A stretch of 64,000 bases of DNA. Origin: an uncultured Opitutaceae bacterium (lineage in GTDB: Bacteria; Verrucomicrobiota; Verrucomicrobiia; Opitutales; Opitutaceae). The notes under the pieces were generated by a model, which was given only the letters and a program-made list of their open reading frames with translations, was not told where the DNA came from and did no database searches. Numbering within the stretch: position 1 is the stretch's first letter; the number at the start of each line of letters is the position of its first letter. The stretch lies in the NCBI GenBank assembly GCA_964573305.1, contig CAZNJG010000024.1:81-64080 (forward strand). Reading direction: 5' to 3'. Below are positions 56,108-64,000 of the stretch, one piece after another. Position numbers and translations under genes: made by a program.

Positions 56108-56982
56108 TTCCGCCGCGCTTTCTCCCGCTTCTTTTTTTCCCGCTGCTCCCCACGCTCGTCTCCGCCCATATTGTTGTCAGCGGCGAGCTCACCCGCGAGT
56201 TCACGCTGCAACCGGGTGCCTCCGCGCAGGGAAACATTCTTCTTCACAACTCGGGTTCGTCCGTGGCGCGCGCACGCATTTATCAGACCGATTACCGCAT
56301 GGACATCACCGGTCCGACCTACGGCGATCCGGGCAGCTCGGCGCGCTCGAACGCGGCATGGATCGAACTCGACGAACGCGAACCCGAGCTCCAACCCGGC
56401 GAAACCCGCGCCATCCTTTTTAAGCTGACCACACCCGACGATCCCGCGCTCCGTGGTACCTATTGGAGTGTGCTCATGGTCGAACCTTCCTTCGATGAAC
56501 GCACGCCCGCGCCCGGCGAAATTTCCGTCCGCGCCGTGGTTCGCTACGGCATCCAAATCGTCACACAAATCGGCTCACCGACCGCCACGATCCCGCCTGC
56601 GCTTTCCGATCCAGCCATCGAACGCGACGGTGATGCCCACGTCCTGCGCGTCGATCTCTCCAATGCCGGTGAACGCTGGCTGCGCCCGCGCGTGGAAGTG
56701 CGTCTGTTCGATGGCGAAGGCCGCGCCGTCATCACGCTCCCCTCAGCGCAGGCGCGCATTTATCCCGGGTCCTCCCTGCGTCAGCGTTTCTCTCTCACCG
56801 GTCTGAGCGCCGGTGAATATCTCGCGCTCATCGTGATGGATACCGACGACGCGCTCTTCGGTGCCCAATACCGCTTTCACCTCGAGGATATTTCTCACGG
56901 CAGTTCATCGCCTGCATCTCCCGCAAACATCGCCGGTCAGCACGCGCTTCCGCCTCTCCCGCAAAACCCAGGGAGAAACTAG
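56104..56982 (+). CDS. Secreted two-domain Ig-like protein (DUF916/DUF3324-like or chaperone-like)
   Basis: Signal peptide MIPPRFLPLLFFPLLPTLVSA. The first domain is FTLQPGASAQGNILLHNSGSSVARARIYQTDY...AAWIELDEREPELQPGETRAILFKLTTPDD..GTYWSVLMVE. The second is HVLRVDLSNAGERWLRPRVEVRLFDGEGRAV...IYPGSSLRQRFSLTGLSAGEYLALIVMD. Confidence 0.6.
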   Translation: MIPPRFLPLLFFPLLPTLVSAHIVVSGELTREFTLQPGASAQGNILLHNSGSSVARARIYQTDYRMDITGPTYGDPGSSARSNAAWIELDEREPELQPGETRAILFKLTTPDDPALRGTYWSVLMVEPSFDERTPAPGEISVRAVVRYGIQIVTQIGSPTATIPPALSDPAIERDGDAHVLRVDLSNAGERWLRPRVEVRLFDGEGRAVITLPSAQARIYPGSSLRQRFSLTGLSAGEYLALIVMDTDDALFGAQYRFHLEDISHGSSSPASPANIAGQHALPPLPQNPGRN

Positions 56983-56988
56983 GCCGCC

Positions 56989-59820
56989 ATGTGTCCGCGC
57001 GGGTCAGTCTTGAGGCGCGTCACCTTGGTTTTGTTTGGTTCTCTCGTCCTCCGCGCGGCTCCACCCGTCGAAATTCGCAGCGGTCAGCCAGCCATCGTCG
57101 CGCCCGGTGCTGTTTTCTCCGCGACCCTCGCACTGCCGCCCGCACTCACCGAGCCCGGCTCGCTGCTCCGCGACCGGCTGGTGCTTCCCCCCGGCTGGAC
57201 CGCCCTTTCGCCCGCCGATCTACCGTTCGCTGCAAACGCTGAAAATCGCATCCGCTTGATCGCCGTGCCCGTGCCGATCACCGCGGCCGCAGGGGACTAT
57301 CGCATCCTGTATTTGCTCACGCCGGAGGACGATCCCGGTCGCGAACTCACGCGCACCGAGCTCACGCTCACCGTGCCCGCCGTCTCCGCGCTTCGCATCG
57401 AACTCGAAACCGCTCCCGAGCGTCTCATCGCGGGCGATGCCATCCGTGCCACATGGCGTCTCACGAACCGCAGCAATCATCCTGCAAACGTCCAGTTGCG
57501 CGCGCGCAGTTCGCTGAAATTTCCGACCTCGCTCGCGACGCCTTTCCTGCCACTCGCTCCCGGCGAATCCGCGCTTGTTTCCGCCGAAGCAAACACCCCG
57601 CACGAACTCCGCAGCGAACAACCGCACGAGTTCCTGCTCGAGTCACGTTTCCACGACGGCCAGATCGAGTCCGTTCAGATCGTCTCCGCGCCCACGCGGC
57701 TTCTTCCGCGATTCACATCCATCGACGAGTCGCCCGACGATCTCCGTTTGTTTCTCAAAACCACGGCGGCGCGCCGCAACGCGGGCTCCCGTCAGGACAC
57801 CGGTTTTCAAGCCGAGATCTTTGGCGGCGGTTTCCTCGATGCCGCGCGCACACGCCATCTCGATCTCCTGCTTCGCTCCGGCCAGTTCGGCAACGACCGG
57901 CGCATCCTGGGACAGGAACGTTACAGCGTCCGTTACCGCAGTCCGTCGCTCGATCTGCTGCTCGGAGAAAACACCTTCAGCCTTTCACCGCTCACTCAAC
58001 GTTGGCAATGGGGCCGGGGCGCCGGAGCCGAATACCGGCACGCTTCGGTGGCGACCGGCGCGTATTTTCTCGAGACACGATTCACGCCCGCCGAATCGCG
58101 CTGGCAGGCGTGGTTTCTTCAATACGATCCCACGCGCACGCTCCGTCTCCGCTCCAATCTCCTCATTCAGGAGCGCCCGCTCACCGGTCCGTTCTCGGAC
58201 GCCCGCTCCGTTCTTCCGAGCGTGCAGGTTTTCCTTCAACCCGGCCGCCTCAACTCGCTGGAACTCGAAGCCGCGGCGAGCGACAACCGCCACACCTCCG
58301 ACGGTCATGCCTGGCGCGCGCGGCTGAAAGGCCGGCACGGCGCGAGCGTGTATTATGATTTTGAATACGTGGACGCGTCGCCCGACTACTTCGGCTATTA
58401 TCACGATCTCCGGTCGTCATCCGGCACACTCAGCTGGCAACCCGCTCCCGCGTGGCTCGCGCAAGGTTCCTTCCTCGAAACCAGACACAATCCCGGACGC
58501 GATCCGCGCAAGTCCTCCGCCTCCACTACTCGCACCGCCTCCGCCGGCCTCGACCGCCGCCTCTCCGAACGTTTCTCCACGGCACTTCACTACGCCTTCA
58601 CCGAAACGAGCGATCCGTTTCAATCCAGCCGTCCCGGATTCAAACAAAATGCCGCGATCCTTTCCGCCACCGCCACGAGCGCACGTTTCACGCTGCGCGC
58701 CACCGCGGAAGCCGGCCGCACCCGGATGGATCGCGTCGCCACGACCCCCGAATCCTTCGATTACGTTTCCCTCCTCGCGCTCGCACGGCCTTCGCCCGCA
58801 CGCCTGTATTCGCTCTACATGGGCACCGGCGACAGACGCTACGATCCGCGCCGCCGCGAGACGATGGCAACCGGCGCGATCCAATGGAATTTCTCCAACG
58901 GCCTCATCCTTCGCACCGCCGCATCCGCCAGCCGTTATCGCGATCGTCAGACGCACGACCAGGCGTCCGCGGAAGCCAGCGCCGCGTACACGTTTCGCGG
59001 CGGTTCATCCCTCGAAGGTAACATTCGCGTCGCATCGACCGATGGACGTCAGCAAGAGCGCACACTCTTCCTCAGCTACACGATGCCTCTGCCTGTTCCC
59101 AAGTTGCACAGCCGCGACTCCGCGAGCCTCGCCGGAGAAATCACGATCGAAACGCCCGAAGGACCGCGCCCTCTCGCCAGCATAATCCTCCGTCTCGGCA
59201 AACTCCAAGCCGCGACTGATCGCCACGGACGCTTCGTCTTTCCGTCCGTGAAACCCGGACGTCATGAACTCACCGTCGATCCCTCGTCGCTCGGCCTCAA
59301 CGTCGTGCTCGCGCATCCCGGACCTTTCTTCGTCGAACTCACCCGCAACCAGCGCACGCGTTTCGATCTCTTCGCCACGCGCGGCGCGCGCCTCGATGGA
59401 GAACTCGCGTGTTACGAAACCGCGCCGGAAGCACCGACGCCGATCGCTTCTTTGTCTGAAACAAAGCCGCAGCTTCCTTCAGCAAACGTCTATCGTCGCG
59501 GCGCACCGCTCGCGCGCGTGCGCATCGAGCTTCGCCGCGATGGAGAAAAACCACGCCGCACCTACACCGACGACCGCGGGCGTTTCACGTTCGACCGGCT
59601 TCCTCCGGGAGAATGGATCCTCACGTGCGACGAATCCGCACTTCCCGAACGTCATCATCTCGAGCAAAGCGAACAACGACTCACGCTCTCGGCCGATACG
59701 ACGACACGTCTTCCGCTGCGCATCCTCCCCATCCACCGCCCGTTCCAGATGCTCGACTCGCAATTGCTCACCCCGCCGCCGCACTCCCTCACCGCCGCAC
59801 GCACCACCCCAGCTCCCTGA
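56989..59820 (+). CDS. Large (943 aa) putative outer-membrane protein: N-terminal Ig/CARDB-like domains, central beta-barrel-like region, two C-terminal carboxypeptidase-regulatory-like domains
   Basis: It has a signal-like N-terminus (VTLVLFGSLVLRAA) and a CARDB-like segment (IAGDAIRATWRLTNRSNHPANVQLRA). There are many amphipathic strands ending in aromatics (GAYFLETRF, WQAWFLQY, VYYDFEYV, TLSWQP, ALHYAF, AIQWNF, AAYTF, LFLSYTM). Two GRF motifs (TDRHGRFVFPSVKPGRHELTV and DDRGRFTFDRLPPGEWILTC) follow. It starts 6 nt after the previous stop. Confidence 0.6.
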   Translation: MCPRGSVLRRVTLVLFGSLVLRAAPPVEIRSGQPAIVAPGAVFSATLALPPALTEPGSLLRDRLVLPPGWTALSPADLPFAANAENRIRLIAVPVPITAAAGDYRILYLLTPEDDPGRELTRTELTLTVPAVSALRIELETAPERLIAGDAIRATWRLTNRSNHPANVQLRARSSLKFPTSLATPFLPLAPGESALVSAEANTPHELRSEQPHEFLLESRFHDGQIESVQIVSAPTRLLPRFTSIDESPDDLRLFLKTTAARRNAGSRQDTGFQAEIFGGGFLDAARTRHLDLLLRSGQFGNDRRILGQERYSVRYRSPSLDLLLGENTFSLSPLTQRWQWGRGAGAEYRHASVATGAYFLETRFTPAESRWQAWFLQYDPTRTLRLRSNLLIQERPLTGPFSDARSVLPSVQVFLQPGRLNSLELEAAASDNRHTSDGHAWRARLKGRHGASVYYDFEYVDASPDYFGYYHDLRSSSGTLSWQPAPAWLAQGSFLETRHNPGRDPRKSSASTTRTASAGLDRRLSERFSTALHYAFTETSDPFQSSRPGFKQNAAILSATATSARFTLRATAEAGRTRMDRVATTPESFDYVSLLALARPSPARLYSLYMGTGDRRYDPRRRETMATGAIQWNFSNGLILRTAASASRYRDRQTHDQASAEASAAYTFRGGSSLEGNIRVASTDGRQQERTLFLSYTMPLPVPKLHSRDSASLAGEITIETPEGPRPLASIILRLGKLQAATDRHGRFVFPSVKPGRHELTVDPSSLGLNVVLAHPGPFFVELTRNQRTRFDLFATRGARLDGELACYETAPEAPTPIASLSETKPQLPSANVYRRGAPLARVRIELRRDGEKPRRTYTDDRGRFTFDRLPPGEWILTCDESALPERHHLEQSEQRLTLSADTTTRLPLRILPIHRPFQMLDSQLLTPPPHSLTAARTTPAP

Positions 59821-60007
59821 AGGCGGGATCCGAGCGCGCACTGCTGCGGTGGGCGGAGCGCACCGTAACATCGTCTCGGACGTGATTCGCGGTCTGGGGT
59901 CGGGCGGCGTTTTCGCGCTTCGATTCGGTTCACCGTTTCGGTTCACTTTGCGTCTCATTTTGTTTTAGCTCCGGCCGTTTCTTTCGCTTCGTCTCACGTC
60001 TCTTTTC

Positions 60008-61120
60008 ATGCGCATCGGGTCCATCGAGCTTTCGTCGCCGCTTTTTCTGTCTCCACTGGCTGGATACACCAACCTGCCCATGCGTCTCACCGTGCGCGAA
60101 CTCGGCGGGCTCGGCTGGGCTACGACGGATCTCGTCAACGCGCGCTCGCTCATCGAGCGCAACCGCACCGCACTCAGACTCGTCGCCTCGTGCGCCGAGG
60201 ATCAGCCGCTGGCGATCCAGCTTTTCGGCGCAGTGGCGGAAGAGATGCGCGATGCGGCGAAGATTTGCGAAGATCTCGGCGCCGCTTCGATCGACATCAA
60301 CATGGGCTGCCCCGTGAAGAAGGTCGTCAAGATCGGCGGCGGTTCCGCAATGATGACCGAGCTCGATAAAACTGCGGCGCTGGTTCGCGGCATGATCGAG
60401 GCCGTGAAGATTCCCGTAACCGCGAAGATGCGTCTCGGATGGGACGATGAGAACATCACCGCGCCCGACCTCTCACGTGTGCTCGAAGACGTGGGCGTGG
60501 CCGCGATTTTTGTGCATGGCCGCACACGCGCGCAGGGATTTTCCGGCCGCGTGAATCTCGCGGGAATCCGCGCCGTCGTCGAAGCAGTGAAAGCCATTCC
60601 CGTCATCGGCAACGGCGACGTGACCACGCCCGAGGCGGCAAAAACGATGATCGAGGAAACGGGCTGCGCCGGCGTGAGCATCGGGCGCGGCGCATTCTAT
60701 GATCCCTGGATTTTCCGTCGCACGGAGCCTCTGCTGCGCACTGGCGAACTGCTGCCCGAGCCCGATTTCGCCGAACGTCTGCGCGTGTTGCGCCGGCATT
60801 TCGATCGCTATGTCGAGTTTTACGGCGAAGCGGATGGCGCGAAATTTTTCCGACGCGTGGCGCCTTGGTACGCGAAACGTTTTGGTCCGGCGAAACCGTT
60901 CAAGCGCGCGATCCTCGCCATCTCTTCGCGCGCTGACTTTGAAGCGGCGATCGCCGAGTATGTGGCATGGCGTCAGCAGTTCTGCGACGAGCGCGGCGAG
61001 CTGCTGCCGAAATATCAGCCCGATCCGATGATCGCCTCGTTCATGCGCGATCCGGACGATCCGGATTCGCTCGAACGCGACGCCATCCCCGTGCCCAAAG
61101 GGCCGGTGGATGTGTGGTGA
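60008..61120 (+). CDS. tRNA-dihydrouridine synthase (Dus family)
   Basis: LFLSPLAGYTNLPMR, IDINMGCPVKKV (catalytic Cys) and FVHGRTRAQGFSG are the Dus signatures. Confidence 0.85.
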   Translation: MRIGSIELSSPLFLSPLAGYTNLPMRLTVRELGGLGWATTDLVNARSLIERNRTALRLVASCAEDQPLAIQLFGAVAEEMRDAAKICEDLGAASIDINMGCPVKKVVKIGGGSAMMTELDKTAALVRGMIEAVKIPVTAKMRLGWDDENITAPDLSRVLEDVGVAAIFVHGRTRAQGFSGRVNLAGIRAVVEAVKAIPVIGNGDVTTPEAAKTMIEETGCAGVSIGRGAFYDPWIFRRTEPLLRTGELLPEPDFAERLRVLRRHFDRYVEFYGEADGAKFFRRVAPWYAKRFGPAKPFKRAILAISSRADFEAAIAEYVAWRQQFCDERGELLPKYQPDPMIASFMRDPDDPDSLERDAIPVPKGPVDVW

Positions 61121-61148
61121 AGCAACGCACGGGAAATCGCGCGCGAGC

Positions 61149-62444
61149 TCAGTAACGCCGCGACATCAGCGCGCCGCGGTTGTCTTCGAAGACAATGCGT
61201 TTGTCGGCGGGCTCGAGGCGGCGGAAAACGATGCCCAGCTTGGGATCCACGGTTTCACCCAGCCGGTACATTTTGCCGTTGATCATGGCGCGGGCGTTAT
61301 CGCCCTGAAATACGCCGGCAATCTTCATGCTCGCGACAAAACTCCGGAACGCAGGTGTCGGATCGGGACGGACGGTTTCCGCAGGCGCAGGAGCCGGCAC
61401 CGAGGTGGCCGGAACATCGGCAACAACCGGCGCCGGTTCTTCGACGGCGGATGTCGCCGGGGCTGAAACGGGCGCGGGTATTGATGTTTTGGATACATCC
61501 GTCGATGCGGCGACGGCAGGAGCTTCGGGCGCCAGCAGGTCATCGACCGGAGCAGTGTGAGCGGCATCGTGCGCGGCGACGGTGGCCTTGACCTGCGCGA
61601 GCGCTTTGCCGGCGTCGGAAGCCTGTGCGTCGGGGACTGCGGGCGCCGGATCCTTTTGCTCAGGTGCAGCGGGCGCTTCCGCGGGAGCGGTTTCGGTTTT
61701 CCGAACAACCGGAGCCGGGGCGTCCGGTTCCGCGAACCAATAATTGTACGCCAGCACGGCAAACAGGCCGGTGGCGACAAACAACAAGGCGAGAAGCAGC
61801 TTCAGTCCATTGCGGCCCGCATGAGCGGCCGGTTCGCGCGCAGGCGGCACGGGCTTGCGCAGCTTGGCCGGGAACGCCGGGGCGGGAGCCGTCGAAGGCA
61901 GGGGCGCGATCGGCATATTGGGCCGGCCGGAGACGGGTGTGGTGGGCTTGGGAAAGGCGGGCTCGACCGGGGCGGCGGCGGGCATCGCCGGACGGGGAAT
62001 CGGTATCGATCCGTTGGATACAACGGTCGGCTCCGTCGGTGGAGTGGTCGCGGGAGCAGCGGGCGTGGGGACGGCAGCCGGAGCCGCGTTCCCGGCAGGC
62101 GCCGGCGTGGCCGCGGACGCGGACGACTGACCGACAGGGACCTTGATGCGCGGGCGCAGTTTAAATTTGCCAGGATCCTCGGCGGGCGGCGGCGAAGACT
62201 GCGCAGGGAGTGGCGCGGGGACGCGTTCCGGAGGAAGCGGTGAAGGCATCGACGCGGGCAGCGGCGCAGGCGCGGACATGGACTGGGCCGATGGAGACGC
62301 GGCTTGGGCGGGCGTGGCGGGAATGATGGGCGCGGCGGGTTGCTCCGTGGGCGCGGGCGATGCCGGAGCGGGGGTGTCGGCTGCAGGATCCTGCCGAAGG
62401 CGGGGCTTGAGGCGCAAAGAAGGCGTCTGGGATTCGTTGCTCAT
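61149..62444 (-). CDS. Pro/Ala-rich single-pass membrane protein with a small C-terminal beta-domain (hypothetical)
   Basis: It has about 200 aa of low-complexity P/A/T sequence, then TM helix LKLLLALLFVATGLFAVLAYNYWF. The C-terminal IAGVFQGDNARAMINGKMYRLGETVDPKLGIVFRRLEPADKRIVFED is weakly reminiscent of PilP/GspC-type domains. Confidence 0.5.
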   Translation of the reverse strand: MSNESQTPSLRLKPRLRQDPAADTPAPASPAPTEQPAAPIIPATPAQAASPSAQSMSAPAPLPASMPSPLPPERVPAPLPAQSSPPPAEDPGKFKLRPRIKVPVGQSSASAATPAPAGNAAPAAVPTPAAPATTPPTEPTVVSNGSIPIPRPAMPAAAPVEPAFPKPTTPVSGRPNMPIAPLPSTAPAPAFPAKLRKPVPPAREPAAHAGRNGLKLLLALLFVATGLFAVLAYNYWFAEPDAPAPVVRKTETAPAEAPAAPEQKDPAPAVPDAQASDAGKALAQVKATVAAHDAAHTAPVDDLLAPEAPAVAASTDVSKTSIPAPVSAPATSAVEEPAPVVADVPATSVPAPAPAETVRPDPTPAFRSFVASMKIAGVFQGDNARAMINGKMYRLGETVDPKLGIVFRRLEPADKRIVFEDNRGALMSRRY

Positions 62445-62577
62445 GAAAGGGCTTCGGGGTGTCGTTTTTCGATAAATGGAGGCGTCGGCTCAGGGCGGCG
62501 TGGGCCGCTTTTTTTTCCTATCTTCCATTCGTCTCTTTGACAGGCACACAACAGTAAGTTTTAGGTCAAAAATCCTC

Positions 62578-62850
62578 ATGAACCGCTTCAGCTTTTTCTG
62601 TGTCCTTTCCGCGTTGGTCCTCGGCGTTGGTTGTTCGAGCAAACCCAAGCCAAACCCGGCGATGGCGACAGAGGTGGAGAATGCGTTCAAACAGCGCTGG
62701 ATCGCCAAACGGATCACGGAGCTGACGCAGGCCGGCGTGACAGATCCGCGTGAGGCACGTCGTCAGGCGACGGAGGAGTTTAAGCAGCGTTTCGAGTTCA
62801 CGAATGCTGCGCAGAAAGCCGACCCCGTGACGGGCGGCACATTGCCCTAA
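62578..62850 (+). CDS. Small secreted/lipoprotein (90 aa), hypothetical
   Basis: Signal plus Cys: MNRFSFFCVLSALVLGVGCSS. Confidence 0.55.
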   Translation: MNRFSFFCVLSALVLGVGCSSKPKPNPAMATEVENAFKQRWIAKRITELTQAGVTDPREARRQATEEFKQRFEFTNAAQKADPVTGGTLP

Positions 62851-62865
62851 GCGGACGCGCAAACC

Positions 62866-63738
62866 TCACACGAGAAGGCGGAGGACGGATTGCTCCGACT
62901 TGGAGCCCTGCGTGAGCATGGCGGTGGCAGTCTCGTTGAGCATGCCGAGTCGCGCGATGCGGGTGGATTCGGTGGCGACGTCCACATCGGTGATCTTGGA
63001 AATCGCGCTGGTGAGATTCTCACGCTCCGTGGCGATGCCCTTGCCGATGAGTTCGAGACGGCTGCCGACGCCGCCGAGCGTGGCGCGGTGATCGGCGATC
63101 TGGGCGAGTGACTGGATGATCGTGTCGATCGCAGCGGGATCGGTGGCGGAAAGTTCAAAGGCGCCCGCGCCATCCTGGCGGAAGATCGCGAGCGTGGGAC
63201 CTTCGCGCAGATTGGTCTGCGGGATGATGAGCCGCTGGGTCGAAGCCTGGCCGGTGGCGACGAGCGTGCCTTCGGGATTGGCGCCGAAGACTTCGCGTCC
63301 GTTGAAGCTGCCCATCGGGCGCGGGATATCCTGGGTGCCGCCGATCTCGGTGGTGGATCCGCCGACGGTGTTGCGGATCTGGGTTTGGAGCTGTTGAAAC
63401 TCGAGCTGGTAGAGTTCGATGTCGCCCGCGTTTTTCATCGGATCCCCGGCGAGGACCGCGAGCTCCGACATGCGGTTGAGGAGATTGCCGATGCCGTTCA
63501 GGAAACCATCCGCCGATTGCACGTAGGAGACGGAGTTCTGGACGTTGTTGCTGGCGGCGGCGAGGCGCAGCTTTTGCGCCGAGAGTTTTTCAGCGAGGGA
63601 GTTGCCGGCGGGGTCGTCGGAGGCGGAGACGAGGCGTTTGGCCGAGCTGAGGCGCGCGATGGAGCGGCTGAGCAACTCGCGGGTGCGGCCGAGGAAATCG
63701 GCGTCGCGGGCAAGCTGGGTCTGGACGGTGACGCTCAT
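62866..63738 (-). CDS. Flagellin-family protein (FliC/Hag-like; FlgL not excluded)
   Basis: The N-terminal [25 protein letters not shown]...[17 protein letters not shown]...[11 protein letters not shown] and the C-terminal [35 protein letters not shown] match the conserved flagellin D0/D1 helices. The ATG overlaps the csrA stop. Confidence 0.75.
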   Translation of the reverse strand: MSVTVQTQLARDADFLGRTRELLSRSIARLSSAKRLVSASDDPAGNSLAEKLSAQKLRLAAASNNVQNSVSYVQSADGFLNGIGNLLNRMSELAVLAGDPMKNAGDIELYQLEFQQLQTQIRNTVGGSTTEIGGTQDIPRPMGSFNGREVFGANPEGTLVATGQASTQRLIIPQTNLREGPTLAIFRQDGAGAFELSATDPAAIDTIIQSLAQIADHRATLGGVGSRLELIGKGIATERENLTSAISKITDVDVATESTRIARLGMLNETATAMLTQGSKSEQSVLRLLV

Positions 63739-64000
63739 GGGGCGGCGGGCGGCGACGGCGGCACAGCGGGTTTCGGCTGACGGGCGAGCTTCGGCAGGCC
63801 CGCGGGGAGCGCACCTCCGGCCTTGAGCGCGGCGGCCTGATTGGTCGCGGCGATTTCCGTCATGACTTCCTTGCGAAAAATCTGCACCTCGCGCGGTGCG
63901 TCGATGCCGATTTTGACGAGGTCGCCGTCGATGCGGGTGATCTTAATTTCGATGTTCCCGCCGATGACGATCGACTCGTTAACTCTGCGTGTGAGGACGA
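63735..64000 (-). CDS. csrA: Carbon storage regulator CsrA (5' end cut by window edge; long Pro-rich C-terminal tail)
   Basis: Reverse translation from the window edge gives [46 protein letters not shown], the CsrA consensus. It is followed by [41 protein letters not shown] and a stop. Only the initiator codon and one base are missing. Confidence 0.85.
   Translation of the reverse strand, partial: VLTRRVNESIVIGGNIEIKITRIDGDLVKIGIDAPREVQIFRKEVMTEIAATNQAAALKAGGALPAGLPKLARQPKPAVPPSPPAAP

Overview
The window is a high-G+C, gene-dense bacterial chromosomal segment of about 50 genes. Gene content (DUF1573, DUF2339, poly-HAMP hybrid kinases) and the intergenic repeat families suggest a Verrucomicrobiota or PVC-type genome, but that is inference only. 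Many operons use ATGA stop/start overlaps.

Gene content in order:
- Two translationally coupled hybrid histidine kinases; the first has a 4 x 276-bp poly-HAMP array.
- A CUT1-type sugar ABC importer (binding protein plus two permeases, no ATPase) next to a GH2 glycosidase.
- tRNA-Arg(CCU), followed by a roughly 2.2-kb low-G+C islet.
- lutCBA, divergent from rhamnulokinase.
- An alpha/beta-hydrolase fusion, then an MBL-hydrolase/TetR pair, a HAD phosphatase, and a third hybrid kinase with a periplasmic solute-binding domain.
- A dsbA-like / micro-ORF / mauE-like operon, then a TonB-dependent receptor and an SF2 helicase.
- A fused circularly permuted ATP-grasp/alpha-E protein followed by VKOR-thioredoxin.
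- DUF1573 and a giant DUF2339 membrane protein.
- A TetR-HlyD-ABC2 efflux operon, then MscS, TerC, beta-carbonic anhydrase and two Hsp20 genes.
- A Gfo/Idh/MocA oxidoreductase, a PatB/MalY-type aminotransferase, a fatty-acid hydroxylase, and a lipoprotein plus HTTM-like/DCC fusion.
- A four-gene secreted/outer-membrane cluster, then Dus, a Pro/Ala-rich membrane protein, a small lipoprotein, flagellin and a 5'-truncated csrA.

The two best candidates for something undescribed are:
1. The tRNA-Arg-adjacent low-G+C islet (about 12856-15060). It encodes a tightly coupled PD-(D/E)xK-like protein and a single-HKD PLD-family nuclease with an unknown C-terminal domain. No methyltransferase or integrase is present.
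2. The 55054-59820 cluster. It encodes two small secreted beta-rich proteins, a two-domain Ig-like protein, and a 943-aa putative outer-membrane beta-barrel. The logic resembles WxL/Csc or chaperone-usher surface systems.

Several intergenic repeat families, heptamer arrays and an identical 26-nt palindrome at two loci are also reported. All domain calls come from motif recognition by eye; no searches were run.
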